From Kiritimatiellia bacterium (GTDB lineage Bacteria > Verrucomicrobiota > Kiritimatiellia > JAAZAB01), in the NCBI GenBank assembly GCA_040767085.1, contig JAXGPF010000016.1:1-64000 (forward strand): a stretch of DNA of 64,000 nucleotides. The letters run 5' to 3'. Below the pieces are notes generated by a model, which made no database searches, was not told the DNA's origin, and worked only from the letters and a program-made list of their open reading frames with translations. The translations under genes were made by a program, and so were the position numbers. This document shows, piece by piece, positions 27,061 to 37,864 of the stretch (position 1 is the stretch's first letter; each line of letters starts with the position of its first letter).

Positions 27061-28023
27061 GTAGCCCATGAACACCAAGCCGCCTACCGCGCTCCACACC
27101 ACCGAGACGCCGTAAACCAGCAGCGACAGCGAAAGCGAACGTTCGCTGGCCACCCCCAGCGCGCCCAGCATGGTCACGGCCAGCGCCTCCCGCACACCCA
27201 GGCCGCCGGGCGTGATGGGAATGGCGGCCAATGACAGGATCAGCGGTATCACCGCCACGTAGTCCGCAACTCCCAGGGGAATCGCCAGGCCGCGGCCCAG
27301 GCAGTAGCATTGCCATATCAGCAGCACCTGGGCCAGCAGCGAAAGCAGCGAGGTATTCAAGACCAGGCGCGGCTGGCGGCGGAACATGACAAACACATCC
27401 ATCAGGTTGCCCAGAATCCGCTCCATGCCCGGCCGGCGGCGCAGGTAATCGAATACCCGCCAGTGCTTGAACCGATGCGCATTATACACCGCCAGGAGGA
27501 ATACCGCGCCGGCGGCAATCATGGCCAACATCATCAGTGCCGGCAGGTGCAGCGCCCAACGGCTTAAAAACATCCGCGCATTCAAGCCCATCGCCAGCAG
27601 GGCGACCAGGTAAACCATGAACATGCCGCTCAAGCGGTCCACCAGCACGGTCGCCAGCGCCTCGGTTTTACGGCAGCCGGTGGCGCGGGTGACATAAAAC
27701 GCCCGCGCCAAATCGCCGCCCGCCACCCCCAGCATGAAGGAATTGAAAAATTGCCCGATCAGATAGACGCTGAGCAAACGGCGCCACGGGAAATGCAAAC
27801 CGCGCGCCTGCAGGATCACCCGCCAGCGCACCGCGCCCGCCAGCAGCACCAGCCCGGCCAGGATAATCCCGGCCGTCAGCCATGGCCAGCGCTCCAGGCA
27901 CCCCAGGAGCACGGCGCGGAAATCAGGGAAATGCATCCGGCTGAATATGCAGGCCAGCAAAGCCGCGCCCAGCGCCAGGCGCGCGATGGTTGAAACCGCC
28001 TTGCGTATGCGTCTCGTGTTCAT
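26956..28023 (-). CDS. Lysylphosphatidylglycerol synthase TM-region / flippase-like (UPF0104) membrane protein
   Basis: RW, GQFFN...GGDLAR, DRLSG and IPITPGGLGVRE motifs. Confidence 0.88.
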   Translation of the reverse strand: MNTRRIRKAVSTIARLALGAALLACIFSRMHFPDFRAVLLGCLERWPWLTAGIILAGLVLLAGAVRWRVILQARGLHFPWRRLLSVYLIGQFFNSFMLGVAGGDLARAFYVTRATGCRKTEALATVLVDRLSGMFMVYLVALLAMGLNARMFLSRWALHLPALMMLAMIAAGAVFLLAVYNAHRFKHWRVFDYLRRRPGMERILGNLMDVFVMFRRQPRLVLNTSLLSLLAQVLLIWQCYCLGRGLAIPLGVADYVAVIPLILSLAAIPITPGGLGVREALAVTMLGALGVASERSLSLSLLVYGVSVVWSAVGGLVFMGYSSNTGRTARGEAAELREEVAREAGEFGIAGAQEE

Positions 28024-28940
28024 GCGCCCGCCAGGATATCGCGCAGGGTCTCCGCCAGGGGAATTTGCGGCCGCCATCCGGTCTCCCGCGCCAGCCGGCC
28101 GCCATCCAGCAGCGGCAGACGGTCGGTGGGACGGAACCGCGCGGGATCGACTTCCAGCCGCGGCTGCAATCCGGCGGCCCGGCACAACAAGTCCAGCACT
28201 TCGCGGATGGCAACTTCCTCCCCGCCGGCCACGTTGTACGCCCGACCCGGAACCCCGCGTTCCAGCAACAGCCGGTAGGCCCGCGCCACATCGCGCACAT
28301 CCAGAAACACCCGGCGGCTGTCCAGGTTGCCTACTTTCAGCAGCGGCGGGCACCTGCCCGCGGCCATTTCCCGCAGTTGCGCGGCGAAGGATGGCACCGC
28401 GAAATCGCCCGCCTGGCCCGGCCCGATATGGTTGCAGGGACGCGCGACCATGGCCGGCAGACCGTACCGCCGCTCATACAGAAACGCCATGCCCTCGGCG
28501 GCGGATTTGGACAAGCCGTATGGATTTTCAGGCTGCAAAGGCGCGTCTTCGGTCAGAGGCGCCGGCAGCGGTTGGCGGCCGTACACCTCCGCCGAACTGA
28601 TCAGCAGCAGGCGGGCTTGCGGCGCGCCCCGGCGCAAGGCTTCCAGCAGGTTGATTGTGCCGATCAGGTTGGCCTGCATCATCCGCGCCGGATCGCTCCA
28701 GCCGATGGGCACGAAGGCCAATCCGGCCAGGTGGATGCAGCCTTCCGGCTGGATTTCCGCCACCGCCTGCTGCAATTGCGCGGCATCCGCCAAGTCCCCT
28801 CGGCGGCAGGACACGGCGGGCGGGAACCCGGGCGGGCGCCCGGCCAGGTCAAGGGCCACCGGGTCATGCCGGTGCGCGAGCAATTCCGCGACGAGGTGCC
28901 GTCCCGCAAAGCCGCACGCGCCTGTGACTAGAATTCGCAT
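28020..28940 (-). CDS. rmd: GDP-4-keto-6-deoxy-D-mannose reductase-like SDR (Rmd/Gmd-like)
   Basis: GACGFAG, SSAEVYG, NPYGLSK, NHIGPGQ and VGNLDSRR.FLDVRDV motifs; directly downstream of gmd. Confidence 0.7.
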   Translation of the reverse strand: MRILVTGACGFAGRHLVAELLAHRHDPVALDLAGRPPGFPPAVSCRRGDLADAAQLQQAVAEIQPEGCIHLAGLAFVPIGWSDPARMMQANLIGTINLLEALRRGAPQARLLLISSAEVYGRQPLPAPLTEDAPLQPENPYGLSKSAAEGMAFLYERRYGLPAMVARPCNHIGPGQAGDFAVPSFAAQLREMAAGRCPPLLKVGNLDSRRVFLDVRDVARAYRLLLERGVPGRAYNVAGGEEVAIREVLDLLCRAAGLQPRLEVDPARFRPTDRLPLLDGGRLARETGWRPQIPLAETLRDILAGA

Positions 28941-28985
28941 TTTAATCAAGCCCGGCACGCCGGCCATCGGTCCCCGCCAAGCGGC

Positions 28986-29966
<981 letters not shown>

Positions 29967-29972
29967 TTAAAG

Positions 29973-30000
29973 CAAAAGCTCCCCTCGCGGGGAGCTTTTG
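29973..30000 (-). terminator. Intrinsic terminator after rpsU
   Basis: CAAAAGCTCCCC-N4-GGGGAGCTTTTG hairpin followed by a T-rich run on the minus strand. Confidence 0.8.
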
Positions 30001-30024
30001 TAAGCCAAGCCGTCGGCGGCCAAA

Positions 30025-30192
30025 CTAAAAACTCCGGGAGCGCGCCCGTTTTTTGCGGCGCTTTTCTGAAGGTTTGTCGAAGTAGCGATGATTGCGGATT
30101 TCTTTCATCGTGCCTTCCTTGTCCATCTTTTTCTTCAGACGGCGCAAGGCTTTATCAACGCTCTCGCCACGTTTTAATCTGATTTCAACCAC
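30025..30192 (-). CDS. rpsU: 30S ribosomal protein S21 (absent from the ORF track)
   Basis: Manual translation from GTG: MVEIRLKRGESVDKALRRLKKKMDKEGTMKEIRNHRYFDKPSEKRRKKRARSRSF; RBS GGGAGAG. Confidence 0.95.
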   Translation of the reverse strand: MVEIRLKRGESVDKALRRLKKKMDKEGTMKEIRNHRYFDKPSEKRRKKRARSRSF

Positions 30193-30402
30193 GGTTTTTA
30201 ATCACTCTCCCTTCAGGCTGCGGGCGGCATGTTCACCGTCGCCCAGAAGCGGCAACGCCTGTTAAGACGTCAAGCGGCGAAATTCTTACTATGATTGCCC
30301 CGGAATGTCAATATCTTAATTTTGCCCGGCAACGCCATGGACGGTGTCCCATAAGGCCTGCGGCATGACAAACGGTACTGCCTGAAGTCCGGAACAGCCC
30401 CG

Positions 30403-31740
30403 CTACTTCACCCGTAACATCGTCCCTTCCGAAGTATATTCATAACAACCGATATCCGCCTTACGAATCCAGGCATCCAACCGGCGGCGGCCGTCCAAAT
30501 CCCGGGCGGCGGGCATCCATGTCCGAAACAATCCGGCGTTGATGCAGAGCGAGCCGGCCTGCAGCCGGTAATCGGCGGCATTGGTGTTGATGAACAGCGG
30601 TTCACTTTCAATATTGTCCGATCCGGAAAGGCCCGCTATCGGCGCTGTGCACATGTTGAAATACGAAGGGTTGGAAGTGGTTTCATGCCAGTAATTCGAA
30701 CCGGTGGGGGAATTATTATAATAGACAATGGTGTTATAAGCGGCGAAACCGTCAGCGGTTGACGCCCGGATAGCTATGCCGCCGCCATTGTAGTTACCGG
30801 TGTTATGCGTCACCGTACAATTTTCGACAACTGTATTGGAATTATTAATGTAAATCCCGCCGCCTGTTCCACCGATATTGCTGTAAATCAGGCAATTATA
30901 GGCCGCCCCGCCGTTCTGAAACTGGATGCCGCCGCCCCAACTGGTATTTGCGGTATTTTTTGAATTATATCGGATGACGCAATTAGAAATCACGCTTCCC
31001 GGATAATACACCAAAACACCGGCGCCCTTATCGGCCAAGTTGCTTTCAATCAAGCAGTTGTAAACCGCGCCGATCGTAGTGGAGCTATATCCAATACTTA
31101 TGCCGCCGCCGCGCATATTGCCGACGCTGCCGTTCGTTACCTGATTGCCGCGGATGATGCAGTTTTCCACCATCACATACCCGCCGGCGGAGCTATCAGC
31201 CCGGATGCCGCCGCCATAAATCGTGACGGCGCTGCTGGGATTTATAATATTGCCGCTTATGATGCAATTGCGCACCAGGCTGGTGACATTGGCCGCGGTT
31301 GCCAGCGCCACCATGCCGGCGCCGTAATTGTATGAGTAGCCATTGGTCACGGACAGGCTTTCCACCACCGCCACCCCCGGCCCGGAGGAAACATCCATGT
31401 AGATGCAGCGATTGGAACCGCCGCCGTCAATGATCACATCCGCCGGATTGCCGGTGCGCCCGCGCAGGGTGATGGCCTTGGTGATAGAAACGACGTTGGT
31501 GCCCTGGTTGACGACGGCATTCGTCGGCACCCGATAAACGCCGTTGGAAACCAGGATCAGATCGCCGCCGCCCGCCTCGTTGACGGCGTCCTGAATATTG
31601 CTGGCGGCTTTCCCCCAGGAATCGAAAGGCAGAACATGTCCGCCGTTCGTGGCCACGAAATAAGTGTCCGACGCCTGGCAGACGCTGCCGCATAACAGCA
31701 GCGGGACAATCGCTCTCAAAACAACTTTCAACCAATGCAT
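30403..31740 (-). CDS. Secreted right-handed parallel beta-helix protein with choice-of-anchor-Q-like domain
   Basis: Signal peptide; SW..AA..IQDAV motif; repeated NC.I..N...GGG strands; P.F....DYRL...S.CINAG...DLDG..R...DIGCYE; ends GTMLRVK. Confidence 0.8.
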   Translation of the reverse strand: MHWLKVVLRAIVPLLLCGSVCQASDTYFVATNGGHVLPFDSWGKAASNIQDAVNEAGGGDLILVSNGVYRVPTNAVVNQGTNVVSITKAITLRGRTGNPADVIIDGGGSNRCIYMDVSSGPGVAVVESLSVTNGYSYNYGAGMVALATAANVTSLVRNCIISGNIINPSSAVTIYGGGIRADSSAGGYVMVENCIIRGNQVTNGSVGNMRGGGISIGYSSTTIGAVYNCLIESNLADKGAGVLVYYPGSVISNCVIRYNSKNTANTSWGGGIQFQNGGAAYNCLIYSNIGGTGGGIYINNSNTVVENCTVTHNTGNYNGGGIAIRASTADGFAAYNTIVYYNNSPTGSNYWHETTSNPSYFNMCTAPIAGLSGSDNIESEPLFINTNAADYRLQAGSLCINAGLFRTWMPAARDLDGRRRLDAWIRKADIGCYEYTSEGTMLRVK

Positions 31741-31773
31741 CTGAGCCTCCTGGATGGGTTTATGTTGTGGGAA

Positions 31774-34059
31774 TTACTCTTGACTGCAATAGACAAACGC
31801 CGGCGAGCGGATAATGCGGCCGCCGGTATCGGCCGCGCACAGGTCCAGCCTGTAAAAACCCGGCCGGGGTATAGCCACCGACGATTCTGCCAACCCAACC
31901 GATTCAAACCGCGGCGCAGCATACTTTTCCCGGAAGATTTCCTGCCGGAACACGCCCGGCTTGCCGATGCCCGGCAGGACTTCGTCGAACGGCCCGGTAA
32001 TTTCAACCGATAATTCCTTCATCCCATGGCCGGGGAACATCTGCACCCGCCAGGCCAGCGGCACCGCCGTCATCCCGCCTTCCGCGGCATGTAAGACTAA
32101 GATTGTCTCAATACTGCCGGGATTATTCAAGCGGAAAGTGGGCGGCAGGACACGCGGCATCAGCCACTGGATCATCGGCGTGGTCCAGGTCGAAACGGAT
32201 ATTTCGGCGCATTCCCCGCCGTAGAAATTCCGCCAGGCCCACAAGTTTGCAAGCTGCCGGCGCAGCCGGATTTCCATTTCCCGGGGATCGTAATCCGCGC
32301 CGGCGGCATAATCGGCCAGCAACCGGCCGTCGCTGTTGCCGCCGCGCTTTTTCAGGATATCCCGCAATTCCGCCTGAACCGCCGGCGGCTGGCCCGCCAG
32401 GTATGGCAGAGGAAACCAGTTGTTGTGGATAAAGGCGCCTTCGCCCGGGCCGTTCCGCGGCGAAACGGTGCGCAAGCCCAGCACGCGCCCGTCCACGCGG
32501 GGGAACACATTGCCCCAGACATGCACCCGCAATCCGCCCAGGTCGGAATGATGCCCGATGGCCGTGCCGTAGTAAAAATGATCCGAATTTTTTTCCAGGC
32601 TGGCGGATTCCGCGGTCCGGGCATCATTGATCACGGAATGCCGGATTTCATAACCGACGACCAGGCTCCGTCCGCCCCCGATGGCCTGCCAGGTCCAGTC
32701 GATCCGCGAATTTTCCACCAGCAGATGCCTGGCGTAAATGCTCATCAGCACGCCATAACAGGCGATATCATGGATGTGGCAGTCCGCGACCCGCAGGTAT
32801 TGGCCGTGCGTGTGGGCGCCATTGCGCCCGAACCAGGCGATTTCGCAGTTGTCAATCACGCCATGATCCGCGCCCCAAGCCAGCCCGACGCCCGTGCCAT
32901 CCGCGGATTTTGCCGGCGCGGCCGCATTGGAGGAACTGCCGGCCGCCGCCAACTCCGCGTCATGCGCCGGCGATGCAGAAGCATTGAAGTCCGGATCGCG
33001 CTCGCCCAGCAGTCGGAATCCGGTCAGCCGGGCACGCGACTGCAAGGTAATGCAGGCGTCGCCGCGGGCGAAATGGCTGCACCGCAAAATCGTTCCCGCG
33101 GCGCCGTCAATACCGCGGTCGCCGGCCAGGATCACTCCCGCGGGAATTTCCAGGAAAGACCCGCGTAAATCCAGATCGCACCCGCCCGGCACGAACACAA
33201 TGCGCCCCTCCCGCTCGGATGCCGGCATCTGCCGCAATTGTTCCAGGGCGGCGGCCAAAGCCGCCAGGTTGGTGGCCGTCGTCCGCGCCGGCCAGCCGGC
33301 GGACCGGTTGACAGTTGCGCGCGGCCGGCCGGCCTGCGCCATGATGGAGTCAAAATCGGGCCGGCTGCCCGGCCCGTAATTGTAATCCGCCCAGTTGTCC
33401 GCATCCGCGCGCCAAACCCAGAACGGGTGCGGCGCCGGTTCCGCGCGCAATCTTTGCAGCGCGGCGGCGGCCGCCTTCGCATCGCCGCGTTCACCGGCCC
33501 ATTTGAAAAGCAAATACAAAGCTTCCGACCGCTCCCTGGATGGCGCAAACGGATCGGCATCCGCCAGCAGGCGGTTCAAAATATCCTCCGCGGAAGCGCC
33601 GGCGCCCATGCCCAGCCGGAGCTTCAGCCGGCGGCATGCTTCGCCGTCATTTTGCGGATACGCCCCCAGGATTTTGGCGCACCATAACTCCCATTGCGCG
33701 CGTTCCACGCTGCCGCGCGCGGCGAATGGCGCGGCCTGCTCCAGGCCGGCTGCGGCCTGCTCCGTCTGCCCGGCCAGCAGATGGCGCTCCACGGCGATAA
33801 AATTTTCATCCACACATTGTTCCCGGCGGTAATATGCCGCGCGCCGCAAAACAAATTGCGCGTTGGTGTCCTGAAACACCCGGTCGTAGAGCCGGTAGGC
33901 GTCAGCATAGGCATCCGCTTGGAAAGCGGCATTGCCGCGCGCCAGGCAATCGGCATTGGCATCGGCATCGGCTGCCGCCGCGCGCACCAGGGCTGCGCCC
34001 AGCAAAGCCAGCAGGAAAACGGCCGTCCGGACGGTTGATTTGGATTTAAAAACATTCAT
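31774..34059 (-). CDS. Large secreted protein with TPR-like N-terminus and pectin-lyase-like beta-helix core
   Basis: Signal peptide; helical repeats; IPAGVILAGDRG, RLTGFRLLG, IDNCEI and VADCHIHD beta-helix strands. Confidence 0.6.
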   Translation of the reverse strand: MNVFKSKSTVRTAVFLLALLGAALVRAAAADADANADCLARGNAAFQADAYADAYRLYDRVFQDTNAQFVLRRAAYYRREQCVDENFIAVERHLLAGQTEQAAAGLEQAAPFAARGSVERAQWELWCAKILGAYPQNDGEACRRLKLRLGMGAGASAEDILNRLLADADPFAPSRERSEALYLLFKWAGERGDAKAAAAALQRLRAEPAPHPFWVWRADADNWADYNYGPGSRPDFDSIMAQAGRPRATVNRSAGWPARTTATNLAALAAALEQLRQMPASEREGRIVFVPGGCDLDLRGSFLEIPAGVILAGDRGIDGAAGTILRCSHFARGDACITLQSRARLTGFRLLGERDPDFNASASPAHDAELAAAGSSSNAAAPAKSADGTGVGLAWGADHGVIDNCEIAWFGRNGAHTHGQYLRVADCHIHDIACYGVLMSIYARHLLVENSRIDWTWQAIGGGRSLVVGYEIRHSVINDARTAESASLEKNSDHFYYGTAIGHHSDLGGLRVHVWGNVFPRVDGRVLGLRTVSPRNGPGEGAFIHNNWFPLPYLAGQPPAVQAELRDILKKRGGNSDGRLLADYAAGADYDPREMEIRLRRQLANLWAWRNFYGGECAEISVSTWTTPMIQWLMPRVLPPTFRLNNPGSIETILVLHAAEGGMTAVPLAWRVQMFPGHGMKELSVEITGPFDEVLPGIGKPGVFRQEIFREKYAAPRFESVGLAESSVAIPRPGFYRLDLCAADTGGRIIRSPAFVYCSQE

Positions 34060-35777
34060 ACGAATCTGCCTTTCCCGGTGTAAATCCCTTGTAAAACTTC
34101 GAACGCCAGTTTTTTACGGCGGCCGTAATCAACGATGCCCTTGCAATTGCGGTCAACCAGAAAACATGACTCGCGCCGGCTCGGATCGGGAAAATCGGCA
34201 AAAAGCCAGACGAAGGTCCCGGCGATTTCCGGATATTGCCGGAGGACTGCAAATTGGCGCGCCAGGGCGTGCGCCTGGTAATCTTCGGAATATTTTGGCA
34301 AATCCGCGGCACGGAATCCCAAAATGCCTTCCGCGCCAAACTCGGAAAGCATATATGCGCGGCCCCGCAACCGCCGGCGCACTTCGCGCAAGGTGGCATG
34401 GAAATGCGCCAGATCGAGGGGCTTGAGCTTTAATCCCGCGGCCGTCTGGCGCGCTTGCACGCCGGCCGTGCCATGCCAGGCGGGATAAGTGTTCAACCCC
34501 ACCGCATCCAGCAGTTCCCGGCAGACATCGCCGGCCGGCCCGGCGGTCAGCCAGCTGCTGGCCGCCGCTACCAACCGCGTGGAATCCAGCGCCCGCACGG
34601 CCCGGGCCACCGCGCGCACCAGCGGGCGGGCGGCGGGCAATTCCGAGTCAATCTCGTTGTATAGCCCCCAGAAGGCGACGCAGGGATGATTCCAATCCCG
34701 CCGCACCATTTCCCGCGCCATTTGCACGGCCAGCGCCCGGACAGGGCGGGAATGCAAATCAAGTTTCCAATACACCGGTATTTCCGACCAGACCAGGAAA
34801 CCCCGCCGGTCGCATTCATCCAGGACAAAGGGATCATGCGGATAATGGGCCAGGCGCAAGGCGTTGATTCCCGCCTGCCGCATCAGCCCGAAATCAACAT
34901 CCAACACGTCCCGATCGAGAGCGCGTTTGGTCGTCGGATAATCATCATGGCGGTTAATTCCTCGCAAAAACAATTTCCGGCCGTTCAGGAAAAAGCCGGC
35001 GCGGCGGAATTCGACCCGGCGGATGCCGAAAGCCACGGTGCGCCGGTCGAGGACGCCGCTGGAATCCGCCAACTCGACCGCAGCGTCATACAGGTGCGGG
35101 TTGTCCGGCGACCACAAATCCGGATGATTCAAACGCAGAACGAGGTTGCTGCCGCGCGTTGCGCCGGCCGCCATGGGCGCGGCCTCCCCCGCCCGTTTCA
35201 AGACCGCCTGTAAAACGCTGCCGCGCGGACGGCTGCCGGCAAAGGAAACCCGAAGCTTCACCTCGGCGCGGCCGGCGCGGCCATGACGGCAGTTGCCCGG
35301 CTCGGCGTGGACCCGGACATTGTCCAGCAAGACCCGGTCGTAGCCGATCAGGCAGACATCGCGGAAGATGCCCCCGTAATTGAACCAGCCGTGCACCGGC
35401 GGGGGTATCCGCATCAAATGCCGGCTGTTATCCGCTTTGACGCGCAGGCGATTGACGCAATCCGGCTTGATGAACCTGGTGACATCCAATGCAAACGGCG
35501 TGTAGCCGCCTTCATGTTCCCCGGCCAGCCGGTCGTTGACATAAACTTCGCACCGGTAATTCACTCCCTGAAAGCTCAATTGCCAGCGCCGGCCGGCCGG
35601 CGGCACAAACTCCCGCTGGAACCAGCCGACACCCTCGTATTTTGCCAGATGCGGCGCGTAGTCATTCCAGCATGCCGGCACATGCACCGGCATCCAATCG
35701 CGCACAGTCGGCTTGGCATTGCCAGCAGGCGATTCCAGGAAATACCACAATCCGTTTAATGACAAGACATCGCGCAC
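34056..35777 (-). CDS. Glycoside hydrolase family 2, beta-glucuronidase-like
   Basis: SLNGLW, HEGGYTPF, NYGGI.R, GINRH, R.AHYP, NHP...W...NE, SEFGA, W.FADF and N.KG motifs; GTG start with GGGAG RBS. Confidence 0.9.
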   Translation of the reverse strand: MRDVLSLNGLWYFLESPAGNAKPTVRDWMPVHVPACWNDYAPHLAKYEGVGWFQREFVPPAGRRWQLSFQGVNYRCEVYVNDRLAGEHEGGYTPFALDVTRFIKPDCVNRLRVKADNSRHLMRIPPPVHGWFNYGGIFRDVCLIGYDRVLLDNVRVHAEPGNCRHGRAGRAEVKLRVSFAGSRPRGSVLQAVLKRAGEAAPMAAGATRGSNLVLRLNHPDLWSPDNPHLYDAAVELADSSGVLDRRTVAFGIRRVEFRRAGFFLNGRKLFLRGINRHDDYPTTKRALDRDVLDVDFGLMRQAGINALRLAHYPHDPFVLDECDRRGFLVWSEIPVYWKLDLHSRPVRALAVQMAREMVRRDWNHPCVAFWGLYNEIDSELPAARPLVRAVARAVRALDSTRLVAAASSWLTAGPAGDVCRELLDAVGLNTYPAWHGTAGVQARQTAAGLKLKPLDLAHFHATLREVRRRLRGRAYMLSEFGAEGILGFRAADLPKYSEDYQAHALARQFAVLRQYPEIAGTFVWLFADFPDPSRRESCFLVDRNCKGIVDYGRRKKLAFEVLQGIYTGKGRFV

Positions 35778-35824
35778 GGCGCAACTCCCGCGGATTTTAG
35801 CACACGAAAACAAGGCTCAAGGCA

Positions 35825-37267
35825 TTAACGCCCAGACTGCGCCGCTTTTTTCGCCGCCAGTTTCATCTGATCCGGCGTGCGCCAGGGCAGCGAATTGGTT
35901 TCCGGCGTGATATGCAATTTGGCGGGATACAGCAATCCCCAATCGCGCCGCCGCTTATAAGACTCCAGCATGGTCGCCAGGTTCGGCGTTACTTTGCCGT
36001 CAAAAACCTTTTCGCCGCGCACTATGACCCGGACGCGTTTGAAATCCACCATGCGGGGGTGGAGCCAGATGGTGAAGCCGGTGACATTTTTCGGCGTGGC
36101 CTCGATCACCCCGTCATCGCGCAGCCAGGCTTCCACCAGGCCGGCGCGCACATACTGGCGGCCGACTTCATATTTGTAGTCGTTCCAGTCCTTTTCCTCC
36201 TCGTCCCGGCATTTGGACACGATCATCCGGTCGAAGGCCAGCGCTTCATCGCCAATGCCGTCAATGCTGATCCAGCGGGCATGCGGCGCCGGGTCCAGCT
36301 CCGTGATCTGATCATACGGCTTGCCGTACACGGCGGCCGTGCCATCCTGGTTAAGGTTGCTCCAGGCCGTCAACCCCCGCGGGGTGACCGCGACCACGTG
36401 CGGGTAGTACGGGTCGCGCCGGTATTTCCTGGATGACTGCAGCCACTCCCGGAAGTTGCCGCGGCCTTCCAGCAGATGGTGGCCGCCGGCATGCTCGCGA
36501 TACACATTCTCAACGCCGAAATGGTCCAGGCGCGTCCGGGCGCAACGGGCGTAGGCGACATCGGTATAATGCCGGCGGCGGAACAGGGAGGCATCGTTCA
36601 TCCCATGCATCAGCCAGACCACCGTGCCCTTGAGGCACGGCCAGCAGGCCACATCCCACGCCCCGGAGGAACAAAGCACGCTGGCAAAGCGGTCGGCGAA
36701 CCGGTGCGCCAGGTGGTAGGCGCCCATGCCGCCCATGGAAGACCCGCCCAGGATCATGTTGTCCGGGTCAAGGTTGAACCGCGCTTCCAGCTCCTCGATC
36801 AAATCTTCCAGGTGTGTTTCGGCTTCCGGAATCTGCCAGCGCGCGTTGCAGGTGTCATGCGGCGGGGCGGAAGGCAGGCAGACGATCCTGCCGCTTTCTT
36901 CCAGCAGGTCGTTGACAAACAAATTGGTCAGGATATGTTTCGCGTGGTCGCCCCGGCCCTTGGCGCCCCCGTGCAGAAATATCAACAGCCCGTGCGGACG
37001 GGCCGGATGGTAATTGCGCGGCACATAAACCGTGTAAGGCTGCTCGGGGTATTTCTGCGCGAATTGCGGCAAGGTGAAATGACAGCTGACCTGCCAGCCC
37101 TTCTTCGGCGCGCGGGCCGGGAGACGCGGCCGGAGCGCCTTGATGATCGGCCCCAAGGCGCCTTGGTATTGTGCAAGCAGGGCGGCCGGCTGACGGGCTT
37201 CCTCCGCGCTGCCGGCCGCCAGGAACGCCCTGGCCGCCGCTAAGATCTGAGATCGATTAGTTGGCAT
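35825..37267 (-). CDS. Alpha/beta-hydrolase (esterase/peptidase-like)
   Basis: YVP..Y, LIFLHGG, GSSMGG nucleophile elbow, HG.ND and GGH motifs; start MPTN with GGAGG RBS. Confidence 0.75.
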   Translation of the reverse strand: MPTNRSQILAAARAFLAAGSAEEARQPAALLAQYQGALGPIIKALRPRLPARAPKKGWQVSCHFTLPQFAQKYPEQPYTVYVPRNYHPARPHGLLIFLHGGAKGRGDHAKHILTNLFVNDLLEESGRIVCLPSAPPHDTCNARWQIPEAETHLEDLIEELEARFNLDPDNMILGGSSMGGMGAYHLAHRFADRFASVLCSSGAWDVACWPCLKGTVVWLMHGMNDASLFRRRHYTDVAYARCARTRLDHFGVENVYREHAGGHHLLEGRGNFREWLQSSRKYRRDPYYPHVVAVTPRGLTAWSNLNQDGTAAVYGKPYDQITELDPAPHARWISIDGIGDEALAFDRMIVSKCRDEEEKDWNDYKYEVGRQYVRAGLVEAWLRDDGVIEATPKNVTGFTIWLHPRMVDFKRVRVIVRGEKVFDGKVTPNLATMLESYKRRRDWGLLYPAKLHITPETNSLPWRTPDQMKLAAKKAAQSGR

Positions 37268-37624
37268 CTGTTGCAACCTCCAGGAGGGATGTTTAAACCG
37301 ACTTGCCCGGCGCGGAAAATTTTTACGCCGTTGCACATTGTAACATGGCAGAATCTGCCGGCAATTGATGAAAACGCTGTTAGTATTGCGCTTTTCGAAA
37401 CGCCCCTGGCGCGCATCCCGGGGCCGCCGGCCGGCTCGCCGGAAAATCCTCCTGGCCGACAGCATAGCCGATTTTCCCGGGTTGTCCAACTTTTCCCGCG
37501 CTGGTGCTTTCAGGAAAGTTCCCGGCGGCGGTTTTTCCTTTACAAGCAGCGCTTTTTTCTGCAATCATGCCCCATTTACCGGCGGCATCGGGCCGCCGCA
37601 ACCCGACACGACGGAAACAACATC

Positions 37625-37846
37625 ATGGAACAGAAAATTCGCGCCAAACTCGAAGAACTTCGCGGCATGCTGCAGGCGGACGGCGGCGACCTGGAAGTGG
37701 TTGCCATCAACGGCACAGAGGTCAGCTTGAAAATGAAAGGCGCCTGCGGCGCTTGCCCGCATGCCACCATGACGATCAAGCAGGGCATTGAACGCGTGTT
37801 GCGCGAGGAAATCAACCCGCGCATCACCGTTACCCAGGCGCACTAA
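37625..37846 (+). CDS. NifU/NfuA C-terminal-domain Fe-S carrier protein
   Basis: LQADGGDLE and GACGACP..TMT.K.GIE motifs, 73 aa. Confidence 0.92.
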   Translation: MEQKIRAKLEELRGMLQADGGDLEVVAINGTEVSLKMKGACGACPHATMTIKQGIERVLREEINPRITVTQAH

Positions 37847-37864
37847 GCGGACGGCAAGGCGCAC

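Noticed and set aside
37340-37385. Possible operator motifs (TGCACATTGTAACA, TGAAAACGCTGTTA) upstream of the hydrolase operon
   Set aside because: Imperfect single occurrences with no linked regulator.
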